49,222 nt of DNA from the NCBI RefSeq assembly GCF_003334255.1, contig NZ_QOWU01000039.1, one strand, 5' to 3'. This document shows, piece after piece, positions 31,874 through 44,232 of the stretch. The notes under the pieces were generated by a model. It searched no databases. It had not been told where the DNA came from and worked only from the letters and a program-made list of their open reading frames with translations. Both the position numbers and the translations under genes were made by a program. Positions within the stretch are counted from its first letter, which is position 1. Each line of letters starts with the position of its first letter. Source of the stretch: Escherichia coli (lineage in GTDB: Bacteria; Pseudomonadota; Gammaproteobacteria; Enterobacterales; Enterobacteriaceae).

Positions 31874-32920
31874 ACTCTCCTGCGGCGACAAATGTTGCAT
31901 CGCCTGCGCGATACTACGTTCAATCACCGCACGGCGAGTATCGTTGGCAGGTAAGAGTTTCAACATCATCTCCCACGCGGCAACGGCTTCGCCAAATCGC
32001 TGCTGCTCAAAGGCATTAAACGCATACATGCTTAGCACACGGATATTGCTATGGTCCGTTCTCACCAGCTGACGTAGCAGTTCACCGCCGAGGCGGTTGT
32101 CGTTGGGATCAGATGAACGAGTCAACGCTTCAGCGTATCCCAGTGCAGCATCACTGTTTTTCGGATCGAGGCGATACGCAGTGGCGTATGCATCGGTGGC
32201 GATACTGGCGTTACCCAGCGCCATGCCAACGCGGCCCAACATAATCCAGCCTTCTATATCTCCCGGATTTTTTTGCAGTTGAGTACGCATCCCCAGCGCA
32301 AGACGCGACATCTCTTCTTCGTTGAGCGGATCGGCTTTCGGATCCAGCGCCCTGTCCAGCAACGCCGGAGCCTGTGCCGTGGCCTGCTGCCAGATTTTCA
32401 CCTGCTGATAATTGCCAGTCTGGTAGTAGCTGACGCCAGCCACAATTAACGCCACCACAATACCCGGCAGATAAACAACATATCCGGCACGCTTACCTTC
32501 CGGCACGCTTTGTTCAGGAAACGCTTCCGGCACCACGCGTACCCGACGCCGCGAGCGGGCGTATATGACCCAACCGCCAATGCCAATAGCCACTACTGGC
32601 AGCACCCACAGCAGCACGGTCAGCGGCGTTAACGGCGGATCGTAAGTGACGAAGTTGCCGTAACGCGCCACCATATAATCGACAATCTCTTTTTTACTTT
32701 TACCTTCCTGCATCAGTTCATACACTTTCTGACGCAGGTCGGTGGCAATCATCGAGTTGGAATCGGCAATGCTGTTGTTCTGGCATTTCGGGCAGCGCAG
32801 TTCTTCAGTGAGCTGACGGAACTGTTGTTCCTGTGCTTCATCTTTAAACTGCAACACATCGATGGTCGCCAGCGCTGAGCCGGAGATCATCAGCATCAGC
32901 ACGCCCAATAAAAACCTCAT
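31868..32920 (-). CDS. ccmH: Cytochrome c-type biogenesis protein CcmH
   Basis: 350-aa ORF; CxxC motif (LRCPKCQ); TPR-like C-terminal part; last gene of ccm operon. Confidence 0.95.
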   Translation of the reverse strand: MRFLLGVLMLMISGSALATIDVLQFKDEAQEQQFRQLTEELRCPKCQNNSIADSNSMIATDLRQKVYELMQEGKSKKEIVDYMVARYGNFVTYDPPLTPLTVLLWVLPVVAIGIGGWVIYARSRRRVRVVPEAFPEQSVPEGKRAGYVVYLPGIVVALIVAGVSYYQTGNYQQVKIWQQATAQAPALLDRALDPKADPLNEEEMSRLALGMRTQLQKNPGDIEGWIMLGRVGMALGNASIATDAYATAYRLDPKNSDAALGYAEALTRSSDPNDNRLGGELLRQLVRTDHSNIRVLSMYAFNAFEQQRFGEAVAAWEMMLKLLPANDTRRAVIERSIAQAMQHLSPQESK

Positions 32921-33474
32921 TGTGCGGCCTCCTTACTGTATTTCTCCCACAGCGGCTTGATCTCTTCTTCCCAGACGCGAGGATTCAGATCGCCCGCATG
33001 GCGATAGCGAATGATGCCGTTGCCGTCAATAAGAAACGTTTCTGGCGCGCCATAGACACCGAGATCCAGCCCTAACATGCCATCGCCATCAAACAGGCTT
33101 AGCGCGTAAGGATTGCCCAGCTCTTTCAGCCAGCTGATTGCCTTCTGGCGATCGTCTTTATAGTTCATGCCGACCACGCGGATGCCCTGCGCAGAAAGCT
33201 GATTCAGATATTGATGTTCCGCACGGCAGGTCGGACACCAGGTCGCCCAGACGTTAAGCAGTACTGGTTTGCCCTGAGTCAGCACATCCGCCTGATAAAA
33301 CTGCCCCGGATTGTCCAGTGATTCGAGACGAAACTTCGGCACAGGCTTGCCAATGAGCGCCGATTCCAGATTGGTCGGATCATCCCCTTCGGCATTACGC
33401 GCCAGCTGCCACAGCAGCGCCGCGGCAATCGCCAAGAAGATAATCAACGGAATTAACAATACTTTGCGCTTCAT
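32917..33474 (-). CDS. ccmG: Thiol:disulfide interchange protein CcmG/DsbE
   Basis: 185-aa ORF; thioredoxin motif WCPTC. Confidence 0.95.
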   Translation of the reverse strand: MKRKVLLIPLIIFLAIAAALLWQLARNAEGDDPTNLESALIGKPVPKFRLESLDNPGQFYQADVLTQGKPVLLNVWATWCPTCRAEHQYLNQLSAQGIRVVGMNYKDDRQKAISWLKELGNPYALSLFDGDGMLGLDLGVYGAPETFLIDGNGIIRYRHAGDLNPRVWEEEIKPLWEKYSKEAAQ

Positions 33475-35414
33475 ACGGCCTCCGGCGCAGTTTTTTGCGG
33501 ACTCACGCGCTTACGATAGCGAGGATCAAACAGACACAGCAGTCCGCCCAACGCCATCATCAGCCCGCCCGCCCAAATCCAGCGAACAAATGGTTTGTAG
33601 TAAAGACGCACGGCCCACGCGCCGTTTTCCAGCTCTTCACCGAGGGCCGCGTACAGGTCACGCGTGATGCCGCCGTCAATTGCCGCTTCGGTCATCATCG
33701 ACCCGGCAGTGTTGTAATAACGTTTTTCCGCATACAGCACCGTTTCCGGCTTGCCATCGCGCGTTACGCCGATAGTCGCCACACCGCCACGCCAGTTCGG
33801 GCCAGTCACCTCTTTGACATCACGGAAGGTGAAGCGATATTCATGAATATCGACGCTATCGCCGGACTTCATGCGCACATCACGCTCAACGCTATAGTTC
33901 TGGCTAAAGGCAATGCCAACAATTGTCACTGCCAGCCCAAGGTGAGCCGCCACCATCCCCCAATAACTGAAGGTGGTTTTCGTGCCGCGTGAAATACGTA
34001 GCGCAGCTTCCGCAATTGCCAGCACCGCAATCCAGCAGGCCATTGCCAGGCCGAGCACCGTCATCGCCACAACTTTGCTTTCGAACAGCCACGGCAACAG
34101 CAGCGACAGCACCAGCGTAGAGATGAAGGCGATAATCAATAAATTGCGGATCTTACGCGGGCGATCCCGCCCCCAGCGCACCAGAGGACCGACACCAAGC
34201 AGTAGCGCAAACGGCACCATCAGCCAGGTAAACATGGTGTTGAAGAACGGTTCGCCAATCGAAATACTGCCCAGTCCCAGTTGCTTATGCACCAACGGCA
34301 GCAGCGTCCCCAGCAACACCACCAGCATCGCAGCGACCAGCAAAACATTGTTCGCTAACAGCAAAGATTCCCGCGACCACAGCGCATTGTTTACGCGTGA
34401 GCGAACTTTGTGTCCACGCGCGGCAAACAGCAGCAGCGAACCGCCAATCACCAGCACCATAAAGGCGAGGATAAACATACCGCGCGCCGGATCAGACGCA
34501 AACGCGTGTACCGATACCAGCACGCCGGAACGCACGAGGAAAGTCCCCAACAGACACAACGAGAAGGCACTGATTGCCAGCAGTAATGTCCACGCTTTGA
34601 AGCTGGCGCGTTGTTCAGTGACCGCCAGTGAGTGCATCAGCGCAGTCCCCACCAGCCACGGCATAAACGAGGCGTTTTCTACCGGATCCCAGAACCACCA
34701 GCCACCCCAGCCGAGTTCGTAATAGGCCCATGCGGAACCGAGCACGATGCCGAGCGTCAGGAAGATCCACGCTGCCAGCGTCCACGGACGAGTAAAACGC
34801 GCATAAGTGCTGTCCAGACGCCCGCTCAGCAAAGAAGCAATGGCAAAAGCAAACGCCACCGAGAAACCCACGTACCCCATATAAAGCAGAGGCGGATGGA
34901 AGATCAGCCCCGGATCCTGCAATAGCGGGTTAAGATCGCGACCTTCAATCGGGAAGTTCGGCAACGTGCGAGAGAACGGGTTAGAGGTAAAGAGAATGAA
35001 CAGCAAAAAGCCGACACTGACCATCCCCATTATCGCCAGTACACGGGCCACAATATCCAGCGGAATACGCTGACTAAAAATCGCCACCGCAAAGGTCCAG
35101 CCGCTCATCAGCAGCACCCACAGCAGTAGCGAGCCTTCATGCGCGCCCCAGGTAGCCGCCACGCGATACCACACCGGAAGCTGGGTATTGGAGTTGCTGG
35201 CAACATAGGTGACGGTGAAGTCGTTGACCACGAAAGCATTGACCAGCACCAGAAATGCGCCAGCCACAGACATAAACAGCAGCCAGGCAAACAAGCGGGA
35301 AGACGCCATCATGCGCGCATCTCCGCGCGCCACGCCCCATAGCGGATACACGGACAGCAGCAGCGCAATTCCCAGCGCCAGGCACAGCAGTCCGTTACCA
35401 ATTTCTGGCATCAT
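33471..35414 (-). CDS. ccmF: Cytochrome c heme lyase subunit CcmF
   Basis: 647-aa polytopic membrane ORF; operon position. Confidence 0.95.
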
Positions 35415-35890
35415 GATGCTGGGTCCTTATAAACACTCGCCGGGCGACGGTGGTTAGCTTCCATCGCTTTCTCAACTTCTGGCGGCGTATAGTTTTCATC
35501 GTGTTTCGCCAGCACTTCTTTCGCGAGGATATGATTGCCTTTTTCCAGTTCGCCCTGCACCACAACGCCCTGCCCTTCACGGAACAGATCCGGCAAAATG
35601 CCTTCGTAAGAGACATCCACTGAGCCTTCAGCATCGTAAATGGTGAAGGTCACTTTCAGCGAATTGGGATCGCGCTGCACACTACCCGGCATCACCATCC
35701 CGCCAACGCGCAGACGCTGACCGACTTCCGGCATTTGCTGAGTTTCACGCTTGCCGTAGAGAATTTCCCCCGGCGTATAAAAGAGATCGATATTCGAGCG
35801 CAGCGCATATAGCACCAGACCGATAGTCAGCGCCAGCCCTGCCAACACGGCACAGGCAATCCACAAGCGGTTTTTACGGCGAATATTCAT
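35411..35890 (-). CDS. ccmE: Heme chaperone CcmE
   Basis: 159-aa ORF; operon position. Confidence 0.95.
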
Positions 35891-36096
35891 GCAGCCTCCT
35901 GCTGTTGCGCAGCACGTAAACGCGCCTCACGCGCCCGCTGTTGCGCCACGCCACGCAGAATTGCGCGATGTTGCATCACCGAGTGCACGACCAAAACCAC
36001 CAGCGGAATAACGGTCATCACCACCGCCAGCCAGACAAAAAAGGCGTAACCGCCCATTGCGAAAAATTCATTCCAGGAAGCAAATGCAGGGGTCAT
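35887..36096 (-). CDS. ccmD: Heme exporter protein CcmD
   Basis: 69-aa single-TM ORF overlapping ccmC and ccmE. Confidence 0.9.
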
Positions 36097-36830
36097 TTAC
36101 GGCCTCTTTTCAGTATCAGTTCACTCACCCACGGACGGCGTTTTTCCATCAGCAAAATCAAATTACGCATCCGCATCAGCGTCAGCGTGGCAGACAGGAG
36201 CAGGAAGCCAAAAATCGACCAGCGCAGCGGCGAACGCATCGCCGGATCGATACTTTGCTGCATCCGCGTTGATCCCTGATGCAGGGTGTTCCACCACTCC
36301 ACGGAGTAATGAATAATCGGCAGATTCACCACGCCAATCAGCACCAGGATACCTGCCGCACGGCCCGCCAGACGGCGGTCGTCGAAGGCGTGCCACAGGG
36401 CAATCACACCCACATACAAAAACAGCAGCACCAGTTCAGAAGTCAGACGTGCATCCCATACCCACCAGGTGCCCCACATCGGTTTTCCCCATGCAGAGCC
36501 GGTAACCAGGGCAATAAAGGTAAACACGGCACCAATGGGGGCCATCGCCGCCACCGCCAGGTTGGCCATTTTCATCTGCCAGACAAGGCCAATAAACGCT
36601 GCCACTGCCATTGATGCATAAATGCCCATCGACCAGATCGCCGCAGGCACATGCAGGTAGATAATGCGGTAGCTATTTCCCTGCTGATAATCAGCCGGAG
36701 CAAAGCCGAATCCCCAGATCCAGCCGACGGTAAGCACGACCACACTGGCAATTGCCAGCCACGGTATAAACCAGCCACAGATTTGATACAGCCGTGGTGG
36801 GATCGCCAGTTGATGCAGTGTTTTCCACAT
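36093..36830 (-). CDS. ccmC: Heme exporter protein CcmC, 245 aa
   Basis: Start MWKTLHQLAIPP chosen inside ORF 36093..36854; conserved W-rich motif WGxxWxWD. Confidence 0.9.
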   Translation of the reverse strand: MWKTLHQLAIPPRLYQICGWFIPWLAIASVVVLTVGWIWGFGFAPADYQQGNSYRIIYLHVPAAIWSMGIYASMAVAAFIGLVWQMKMANLAVAAMAPIGAVFTFIALVTGSAWGKPMWGTWWVWDARLTSELVLLFLYVGVIALWHAFDDRRLAGRAAGILVLIGVVNLPIIHYSVEWWNTLHQGSTRMQQSIDPAMRSPLRWSIFGFLLLSATLTLMRMRNLILLMEKRRPWVSELILKRGRK

Positions 36831-36871
36831 AGTTTCGATACCAGACTCGAACAAAAATCAGTAATCCAGCG

Positions 36872-37534
36872 TTATTGAATGCTGATTCGTAACGCTGCCG
36901 CCGTCGCAAAAGGACTTAATGTCGCGGTGCCTGCCAGCAACGCGCCTAAAATTGCCAGATACCCGTCAACGGGCAAATGCATAGAAGCCGCGTCCATCGC
37001 GGCGGTGGCAAAGATGAGTAATGGGATAGTCAGCGGTAACACCAGTATGCTGAGCAGCACACCACCGCGCTTAAGTCCCACTGTCAGCGCCACGCCCGGT
37101 GCACCGAGAAAGCCAAGCGTAGGCGTTCCCAGCAGCAGCGTCAGCGCCATCACTTGCCAGCCATAAACATCCATTCCCAGTAGCATTGCTACCAGTGGCG
37201 AAAGGATGAGTAACGGCAGACCGGTTACCATCCAGTGCGCCATCACCTTCGCCAGCACAACGGCGGGCAAGGGTAACGGCAACAACATCAATTGTTCAAG
37301 ACTGCCGTCCTGCAAATCGTCACGGAACAGTCGTTCCAGCGCCAGCAAGGATGAAAGCAGCGCAGCAACCCAGATAATGCCCGGTGCAATACGCGCCAGC
37401 AGTTGCGGCTCCGGACCGATACTGAGCGGAAAAAGGGTAATTACAATCAGGAAGAACCACAGCGGGTTGGCGATTTCGGCGCTATGGCGAAACGCTACAC
37501 GCAGCTCAAGACGGAAAATGCGCCAGAACATCAT
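36872..37534 (-). CDS. ccmB: Heme exporter permease CcmB
   Basis: 220-aa membrane ORF. Confidence 0.95.
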
Positions 37535-38154
37535 GCGGCCCTCGTTTGCGTCAGTGAAATGCGGCGAATTTTACTTTCAGCAACGTTGAGCGGCTGGTGG
37601 GTAGTCAGAATCACAATCCCCCCCTGCTCCGTATGCTGCGCCATACGCTGGGTCAGACGATCGACACCGTTAACGTCAATCGCGGTAAAAGGCTCGTCGA
37701 GGATCCATAACGTGGCACGGGTCAGCCACAGACGCGCTAAAGCGACGCGGCGTTGTTGCCCGGCCGAGAGCTGATTTACAGGAATATCTTCGAATCCGGC
37801 AAGCCCGGCCTGCGCCAGGGCTTCCAGACATTGTGCGGTATCGCCATCGCGATGATAAAAGTGCAGATTTTCTAACGCCGTCAGCCGGGTTTTGATCCCC
37901 GGCTGATGGCCTATCCATAACAGGTTTTGATGGTAGCTGTCGCGTACCTGATGCAAGGGCTGCCCTTGCCAGAGAACCTCGCCTGCGTCAGGGCGAGACA
38001 ACCCCGTCAGCAAACGGAGAAGCGTTGTCTTCCCCGCGCCGTTGCTACCGGTGATTTGTACCCACTCTCCTGCGTTCAGCGTAAATGACAAGCCACTAAA
38101 TAAGGTTCGTTCATCCCGCTCACAAAGTAACTCTCTGGCTTCAAGCATACCCAC
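37531..38154 (-). CDS. ccmA: Heme exporter ATP-binding protein CcmA
   Basis: 207-aa ORF; Walker [10 protein letters not shown]; LSAGQQRR signature. Confidence 0.95.
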   Translation of the reverse strand: MGMLEARELLCERDERTLFSGLSFTLNAGEWVQITGSNGAGKTTLLRLLTGLSRPDAGEVLWQGQPLHQVRDSYHQNLLWIGHQPGIKTRLTALENLHFYHRDGDTAQCLEALAQAGLAGFEDIPVNQLSAGQQRRVALARLWLTRATLWILDEPFTAIDVNGVDRLTQRMAQHTEQGGIVILTTHQPLNVAESKIRRISLTQTRAA

Positions 38155-38166
38155 GCAATAACCCTG

Positions 38167-38769
38167 TTAAAAACCTGGCTCGACTTCACGCATATCGGGC
38201 AGCTTGTGCGCTATCCCTTTATGGCAATCAATACAGGTTTGCCCATCTTTCACCGCCTGGTCATGCATCTTCGCGGCAACCGATTTCTGGGCGGTTGTAT
38301 CCATATACTCGAAGTTGTGACAGTTACGGCACTCCTGCGAGTTATTGTCCTTCATGCGCCGCCACTCATTCTGTGCCATCGTCAGACGATGAGCTTCAAA
38401 TTTCTGCGGCGTGTCAATAACGCCAAAAATTTTACCATACAGCTCTTTACTTGCTTTGAGCTTGCGTATCATCTTCGGCACAAACTCGTGCGGAACGTGA
38501 CAATCCGGACAGGTCGCACGGACGCCGCTACGGTTGTTGTAGTGCACGGAATCCATGTATTCCTGATACACCGTGTTGCGCATTTCGTGGCAGCTAATGC
38601 AGAACTCTTCGGTATTGGCTTTTTCCATCCCGGTGTTAAAGCCACCCCAGAAGACGATGCCGCCAACAAAACCGATCAACAGCAGCGTCCCCAGCGCCAG
38701 ACGGCTGGGGGTACGCCACCATTTCCACAGGCGCTTAATCAGACCAGGCTTACGGTCAGAATTTCCCAT
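38167..38769 (-). CDS. napC: Periplasmic nitrate reductase tetraheme cytochrome c NapC (NapC/NirT family)
   Basis: 200-aa ORF; four CxxCH motifs. Confidence 0.95.
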   Translation of the reverse strand: MGNSDRKPGLIKRLWKWWRTPSRLALGTLLLIGFVGGIVFWGGFNTGMEKANTEEFCISCHEMRNTVYQEYMDSVHYNNRSGVRATCPDCHVPHEFVPKMIRKLKASKELYGKIFGVIDTPQKFEAHRLTMAQNEWRRMKDNNSQECRNCHNFEYMDTTAQKSVAAKMHDQAVKDGQTCIDCHKGIAHKLPDMREVEPGF

Positions 38770-38778
38770 AATAACCTC

Positions 38779-39228
38779 TTATTTCCCGTAACCTTTTGAT
38801 GGGGTAAAGGTATTCCCCACGATTGGCGCGGTATCGGCCTGCGGTACGTGACATTGCAGACAGAAATAACGACGCGGAGCCACTTCCGCGCCCACTTTGC
38901 CGTCGCTGTCCATAAAGTGAGTAGGACTGATACGCGGCGCGCCAGTGGTGCGATAGCTTTCGACACCGTGGCACTGCAAGCAGCGATTGGTATTGGTCGT
39001 TACCTGATAACCTTCAACGCTATGCGGGATCATTGGCGGCTGATTCACATAGTTCAGCGGCATCCGATCCTGCTCTTTTGGCATCCGAATGGCCCCTTCC
39101 TGTGTCCCGGATACTTCCGGCGACTGGCTAAAATCGACGCCATTAGCCGCCCAAACCGCGCCGCTTACCACCAGGGCCAGCATCGCCGTCCATTGACACA
39201 GCGCTTTCTTCAGGTCATGGCTTTTCAT
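38779..39228 (-). CDS. napB: Periplasmic nitrate reductase diheme cytochrome c subunit NapB, 149 aa
   Basis: Start MKSHDLKK inside ORF 38779..39249; two CxxCH motifs. Confidence 0.9.
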   Translation of the reverse strand: MKSHDLKKALCQWTAMLALVVSGAVWAANGVDFSQSPEVSGTQEGAIRMPKEQDRMPLNYVNQPPMIPHSVEGYQVTTNTNRCLQCHGVESYRTTGAPRISPTHFMDSDGKVGAEVAPRRYFCLQCHVPQADTAPIVGNTFTPSKGYGK

Positions 39229-40088
39229 GATTTCGCTCCCGAACTCCATCGTGTAGTTATTGTAAATACATCCTCAGAACAGACATCCACGCAGCGACCG
39301 CACGTCATGCAATCGCGGCTGGTGACCTGCACCGGGCTTTGTTCATCCAGCACCGGGGCACGTAGCACATGCGGTTCCGGGCAAACATGAAAACAATCCA
39401 TACAGCGGTTACATTTCTGCCGATCGGTGGCCGCAACGGTAATCACACCTTTGCTACCCAGCACGCCATACAGCGCGCCAACCGGACAAATGTGCCCGCA
39501 CCAGCCGTGTTCAACGACCAGTAGATCAAATAAAAACAGCGCGAGAATAAGCAGCGCGCCGCTGCCGAAGCCCATTACCAGGCTACGCCCCATCAGAGAA
39601 ACGGGGTTGATCCATTCCCAAATGAGCGTGCCAGTTAAGGCTGATCCCACCAGAATGACCACCAACAGCACGTAGCGAATGTGGCGAGGGATCGTCGCAG
39701 ACTGATTGAGGTCAAAGCGCCTGCGTAACCAGTTCGCTAAGTCGGTAATCGGGTTCAGCGGGCAGACCCAGCTGCAAAATAATCGCTTTCCCGCCAGGGC
39801 GTAGAGCACGGTGATAATCACCGCACCGGTCAACGCCACCGTGGCAGGCAGATGACCACTGGCAAGACTTTGCAGCGTCATCAGCGGATCGGTCAGCGGA
39901 ACGGTGTCGAATAACAGGCTACTGCTGTAGTTGCCGTGCAAGATCCACACACCAAACCATGGACCGCTCAAAAACATCCCCAGCACGAAGAACTGACAAA
40001 GGCGACGTAACACCAGCCAACGGTGACTGCGCCACCAGCCTTTTTTCTCCAGCGCCTCGCGCCCGGCGTCACGTTTACGATTTGCCAT
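39225..40088 (-). CDS. napH: Ferredoxin-type membrane protein NapH
   Basis: 287-aa ORF; TM segments plus Cys clusters. Confidence 0.95.
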
Positions 40089-40770
40089 TGTTCCCCTCCA
40101 GCCAGCCGAAGCGGTAATGGTGACCTAACTCCCCTTTCGCCAGTGACAGCGGTAACACCTTGATTGCCGGTTGTTCCAGCACGCATACTTTTTCGCACTT
40201 ACCGCAACCGGTACAGGCGTCGCTGTGAACCGTCGGCAGAAAGCGGGCGTGCTTACCGGTACGCGTGTTGCGCTCCAGCTCCAGGGTGATGGCCTCATCA
40301 ATTTTCGGGCATTCGCGATAACAAACATCGCAGCGCAGCCCCTGAAAGTTGAGACAGTTTTCCTGGTCCACCAGTACCGCCAGCCCCATCCGCGCGTCGT
40401 CGATCGATTCAATCTCACGATCCAGCGCACCGCTTGGGCACACTTTGGCGCACGGAATGTCCTCACACATTTCGCAAGGAATATCCCGTGCGACAAAATA
40501 TGGCGTGCCCGCCGACAGACCAGAGGCCAGCGTCGCCAGTTTTAAGGTGTCGTAAGGGCAAGCCTGAACACACTGACCGCAACGCACACAGGCACTGGCA
40601 AAGGCGTTCTCGTTTATGGCTCCGGGCGGGCGCAACCGCACGCCAGATGCGCGTGCGGTTTGCTGTTGTAACCCCAGCGCCACACCCACGGCAGCCAGCC
40701 CGCCTGCTGTGCGAACGACATCGCGCAGAAAGCGGCGGCGACCATTTTGAGGTTTCGCTGACCGGGACAT
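40075..40770 (-). CDS. napG: Ferredoxin-type protein NapG (Tat signal, four [4Fe-4S] motifs)
   Basis: 231-aa ORF; RRRFLR Tat motif; CxxCxxCxxxCP repeats. Confidence 0.95.
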
Positions 40771-40776
40771 AATGGC

Positions 40777-43263
40777 TTACACCTTCTCCAGTTTGACCGC
40801 GCACTTCTTGAAGTCCGTCTCTTTCGAGAGCGGATCGGTCGCATCCAGCGTCAGTTTGTTAACCAACTGTGCGGCGTCGAAGAACGGCATGTACACCAGG
40901 CCCTGTGGCGGACGGTTACGACCGCGCGTTTCAACAATCGAGATCACTTCGCCACGGCGAGAAACCACTTTCACTTTGTCGCCACGGCGCAGATCGCGCG
41001 CTTTCGCATCCAGCGGGTGAATAAACAGGACCGCTTCCGGGAAGGCGCGGTGCAGTTCTGGTACACGGCGAGTCATACTGCCGGTGTGCCAGTGCTCCAG
41101 AACGCGTCCGGTAGAGAGCCACAGGTCGTACTCTTCATCCGGTGCTTCCGCCGCCGGTTCGAATGGCAGTGCGAAGATCACCGCTTTGCCATCCGGTTTA
41201 CCGTAGAACTTATAGCCTTCGCCCGCTTTCACGTACGGGTCGTTACCTTCGCTGTAACGCCACTGCGTTTCTTTACCGTTCACCACCGGCCAGCGCAGAC
41301 CGCGCGCTTTGTGGTAGTCATCGAACGGTGCCAGATCGTGACCGTGACCGCGACCAAACCATGCGTACTCTTCGAACAGCCCTTTTTGCAGATAGAAGCC
41401 CAGCTCGCGGGATTCATCGTTCAGCTGATCTTCCGCCAGTTCGGATACCGGGAATTTGCTCACTTCCGGTGTGGCATACAGCACTTCGTACAGCGTTTTG
41501 CCACGCAGTTCCGGTTTCTTCGCCAGCAGATCTTCCGGCCATACTTCTTCAGTTTTGAAGCGGCGGGAGAACTGGACTAACTGCCAGAGATCCGATTTCG
41601 CTTCGCCCGGTGCCTGTACCTGTTGACGCCAGAACTGAGTACGGCGTTCGGCGTTACCGTAAGCGCCCTCTTTCTCTACCCACATTGCGGTCGGCAGGAT
41701 CAAGTCGGCGGCCAGCGCACTGACTGTCGGATACGGATCGGAGACGATGATGAAGTTGCGCGGATCGCGCCAGCCCGGCATACGCTCTTCATTGATGTTC
41801 GGCCCGGCCTGCATGTTGTTGGTACACATGGTCCAGTAAACATTCAGTTTGCCGTCTTTCAGCGCACGGTCTTGTGCCACCGCGTGCAGACCGATTTTCG
41901 CCGGAATGGTGCCGCTCGGGATATTCCACTTCTTCTCGCAGATATCACGGTGTTTCTCGTTGGTCACCACCATGTCCGCAGGCAGACGGTGAGCAAAGGT
42001 GCCCACTTCACGCGCAGTACCACACGCAGAAGGTTGCCCGGTCAGGGAGAACGGACCGCAACCCGGCTGGGAAATTTTGCCGGTCAGCAGGTGCAGGTTG
42101 TAGACCAGGTTGTTAGCCCACACGCCACGAGTATGCTGGTTGAAGCCCATCGTCCAGTAGGAGATGACTTTCTTGTTCGGATCGGCATACAGCTGCGCCA
42201 GTTGTTCTAACTGGTCTTTCGGCACGCCGGTCATTTCGGCAGTTTTTTCCAGCGTATACTCGGCAACGAAGGCTTTGTAATCTTCAAAGCTCATCGGTTC
42301 GGAGGCGTCAGAACCCGGATTCTTCGCTGCTTTTTCCAGCGGATGGGTCGGACGTAAACCGTAGCCGATGTCCGTCGCCCCTTTGCGCAGGTTAACGTGC
42401 TTGCTGAAGAAGTCCTGATTTATCGCATTGTTTTGAATGATATAGTTGGCGATGTAGTTCAGGATCACCAGGTCAGATTGCGGCGTAAAGATGATGCCGT
42501 TATCCGCCAGCTCGAAGCTACGATGCTGGTAGGTAGAAAGCACCGCCACGGTGACGTTCTGGTTAGAGAGACGACGGTTAGTGATGCGCGACCAGAGGAT
42601 CGGGTGCATTTCCGCCATGTTTGCGCCCCACAGCACAAACGCGTCAGCCTGCTCGATGTCGTCATAGCAGCCCATCGGCTCATCCATACCAAAGGTACGC
42701 ATAAAGCCAACTACTGCCGACGCCATACAGTGACGCGCGTTCGGGTCGATGTTGTTCGAACGGAAGCCCGCTTTAAACAGCTTGGACGCGGCATAACCTT
42801 CCCAGATAGTCCACTGACCAGAACCGAACATACCGATCGATTCCGGCCCTTTTTCTTTCAGGGCGGTTTTGAATTTCTCTTCCATCACATCGAAGGCCTG
42901 ATCCCAGGTGATTGGGGTAAATTCGCCTTCTTTGTCATATTTACCGTTTTTCATACGCAGCAGCGGCTGCGTCAAACGGTCTTTACCGTACATGATTTTG
43001 GGCAGGAAATAGCCCTTAATGCAGTTCAGGCCACGGTTAACCGGTGCGTCCGGGTCGCCCTGACAGGCCACCACACGTCCCTGCTGCGTTCCGACCAGAA
43101 CGCCGCAACCAGTACCGCAGAAACGGCACGGCGCTTTATCCCATTTGATGGCTTCCTGCTGACCAACAACGGCGCGGGCAACGCCCGGCACGCTGAGACC
43201 GGCAGCCGCCGCAGCGGCCGCAACGGCGTTAGCTTTCATAAAGCTACGACGACTGAGTTTCAT
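40777..43263 (-). CDS. napA: Periplasmic nitrate reductase catalytic subunit NapA (molybdopterin)
   Basis: 828-aa ORF; Tat signal SRRSFMK; N-terminal CxxCxxxC Fe-S motif. Confidence 0.97.
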   Translation of the reverse strand: MKLSRRSFMKANAVAAAAAAAGLSVPGVARAVVGQQEAIKWDKAPCRFCGTGCGVLVGTQQGRVVACQGDPDAPVNRGLNCIKGYFLPKIMYGKDRLTQPLLRMKNGKYDKEGEFTPITWDQAFDVMEEKFKTALKEKGPESIGMFGSGQWTIWEGYAASKLFKAGFRSNNIDPNARHCMASAVVGFMRTFGMDEPMGCYDDIEQADAFVLWGANMAEMHPILWSRITNRRLSNQNVTVAVLSTYQHRSFELADNGIIFTPQSDLVILNYIANYIIQNNAINQDFFSKHVNLRKGATDIGYGLRPTHPLEKAAKNPGSDASEPMSFEDYKAFVAEYTLEKTAEMTGVPKDQLEQLAQLYADPNKKVISYWTMGFNQHTRGVWANNLVYNLHLLTGKISQPGCGPFSLTGQPSACGTAREVGTFAHRLPADMVVTNEKHRDICEKKWNIPSGTIPAKIGLHAVAQDRALKDGKLNVYWTMCTNNMQAGPNINEERMPGWRDPRNFIIVSDPYPTVSALAADLILPTAMWVEKEGAYGNAERRTQFWRQQVQAPGEAKSDLWQLVQFSRRFKTEEVWPEDLLAKKPELRGKTLYEVLYATPEVSKFPVSELAEDQLNDESRELGFYLQKGLFEEYAWFGRGHGHDLAPFDDYHKARGLRWPVVNGKETQWRYSEGNDPYVKAGEGYKFYGKPDGKAVIFALPFEPAAEAPDEEYDLWLSTGRVLEHWHTGSMTRRVPELHRAFPEAVLFIHPLDAKARDLRRGDKVKVVSRRGEVISIVETRGRNRPPQGLVYMPFFDAAQLVNKLTLDATDPLSKETDFKKCAVKLEKV

Positions 43264-43523
43264 GGTGTTTCCTCACCTTGCTCTTCCTGCTGGTGATAAA
43301 CCAGCGACACCGCCAGCACGCCCTCTACGTTGCGTACTGACTCAATGGTTTGGATCAGCGTTTCGCTGTCTTCTGCTTCCACCACCACAATCAACTGACC
43401 GCTCGGCGCGTCGCTGACAGCAACTTCACAGCCGGGAAAGGCGTTCAGTTGGGTGCTGATGTCTGAAATTCGTTCGCTTTTGGCCTGCACGACCAGGCTG
43501 CAAACTTGCCAGTTAGTGTGCAT
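43260..43523 (-). CDS. napD: NapA chaperone NapD
   Basis: 87-aa ORF overlapping napA start. Confidence 0.9.
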   Translation of the reverse strand: MHTNWQVCSLVVQAKSERISDISTQLNAFPGCEVAVSDAPSGQLIVVVEAEDSETLIQTIESVRNVEGVLAVSLVYHQQEEQGEETP

Positions 43524-44007
43524 GGAGATACTCCGCAGTTATGGCTGATACCGGACAGCTGGCTGCACATGCTCCACATCCGTTGCAAAGTTGGCTATTA
43601 AGTTGCGGCTGGTAGATCCCGGAGAGCGTCGGGCGAAAGATAATTGCCATTGGCTCACAGCTATCCTGACAGCGGCGGCATTCAACTGACTGATACGCCA
43701 GGCACGCGTCCCCGATGGTGAACTGCAAATCCCAGGCCCTGGTGTGGCGCGGAGAAAATAGCGATTCGGGGCAAGCCTGCGCGCAGGCGTAACAGAAGCT
43801 GCACTCGTTATTTTTGAAATTAACGCTCGGATAGCCGCCCGCGCCGCGTTGCAGAATGTTGTTTTCACAAGCATTAATACAGGCGTCGCAGCGGGTGCAA
43901 TGGGTCAGAAAATGAGATTCATCACCGGACCAGGGCGGACGGATACCGTTACTGGCTTTGCGCCAGCGACCAGTGAGTATGCCCCGACGGGATGCATCAA
44001 TCTTCAC
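43513..44007 (-). CDS. napF: Ferredoxin-type protein NapF
   Basis: 164-aa ORF; multiple CxxCxxCxxxCP motifs; first gene of nap operon. Confidence 0.95.
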   Translation of the reverse strand: MKIDASRRGILTGRWRKASNGIRPPWSGDESHFLTHCTRCDACINACENNILQRGAGGYPSVNFKNNECSFCYACAQACPESLFSPRHTRAWDLQFTIGDACLAYQSVECRRCQDSCEPMAIIFRPTLSGIYQPQLNSQLCNGCGACAASCPVSAITAEYLHAH

Positions 44008-44120
44008 ATTGACCTTCCATCATTAACGCGCTCTGAAAATTGAGAGCGACCAAATAAACCGCATAATTAATAAGCCATTTTTATAGCCGCTAAGATATTA
44101 AAGGATGTGTCAAAGATGCA

Positions 44121-44136
44121 TACCCCGATCGGGGTA
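44121..44136 (-). promoter_or_regulatory. NarP/NarL 7-2-7 heptamer pair TACCCCG-AT-CGGGGTA in the napF control region
   Basis: Perfect 16-bp palindrome read directly, about 115 bp upstream of the napF ATG. Confidence 0.7.
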
Positions 44137-44141
44137 AAACC

Positions 44142-44155
44142 TGTAGCAGGATCAA
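44142..44155 (-). promoter_or_regulatory. Putative FNR site (TTGAT-CCTG-CTACA on the napF strand)
   Basis: One perfect TTGAT half-site about 20 bp upstream of the NarP site centre; second half-site degenerate. Confidence 0.4.
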
Positions 44156-44205
44156 AAGAGTGGCGGGAAGCGTGGCAAAAACGGGCTTTTGCTCACATTT
44201 CAAAT

Positions 44206-44232
44206 GGTTATAAATATATTTATATAGCGATT
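44206..44232 (-). promoter_or_regulatory. Putative ModE-binding site (contains ATCGCTATATA on the napF strand)
   Basis: Resembles a ModE operator half-site; about 90 bp upstream of the NarP site. Confidence 0.35.
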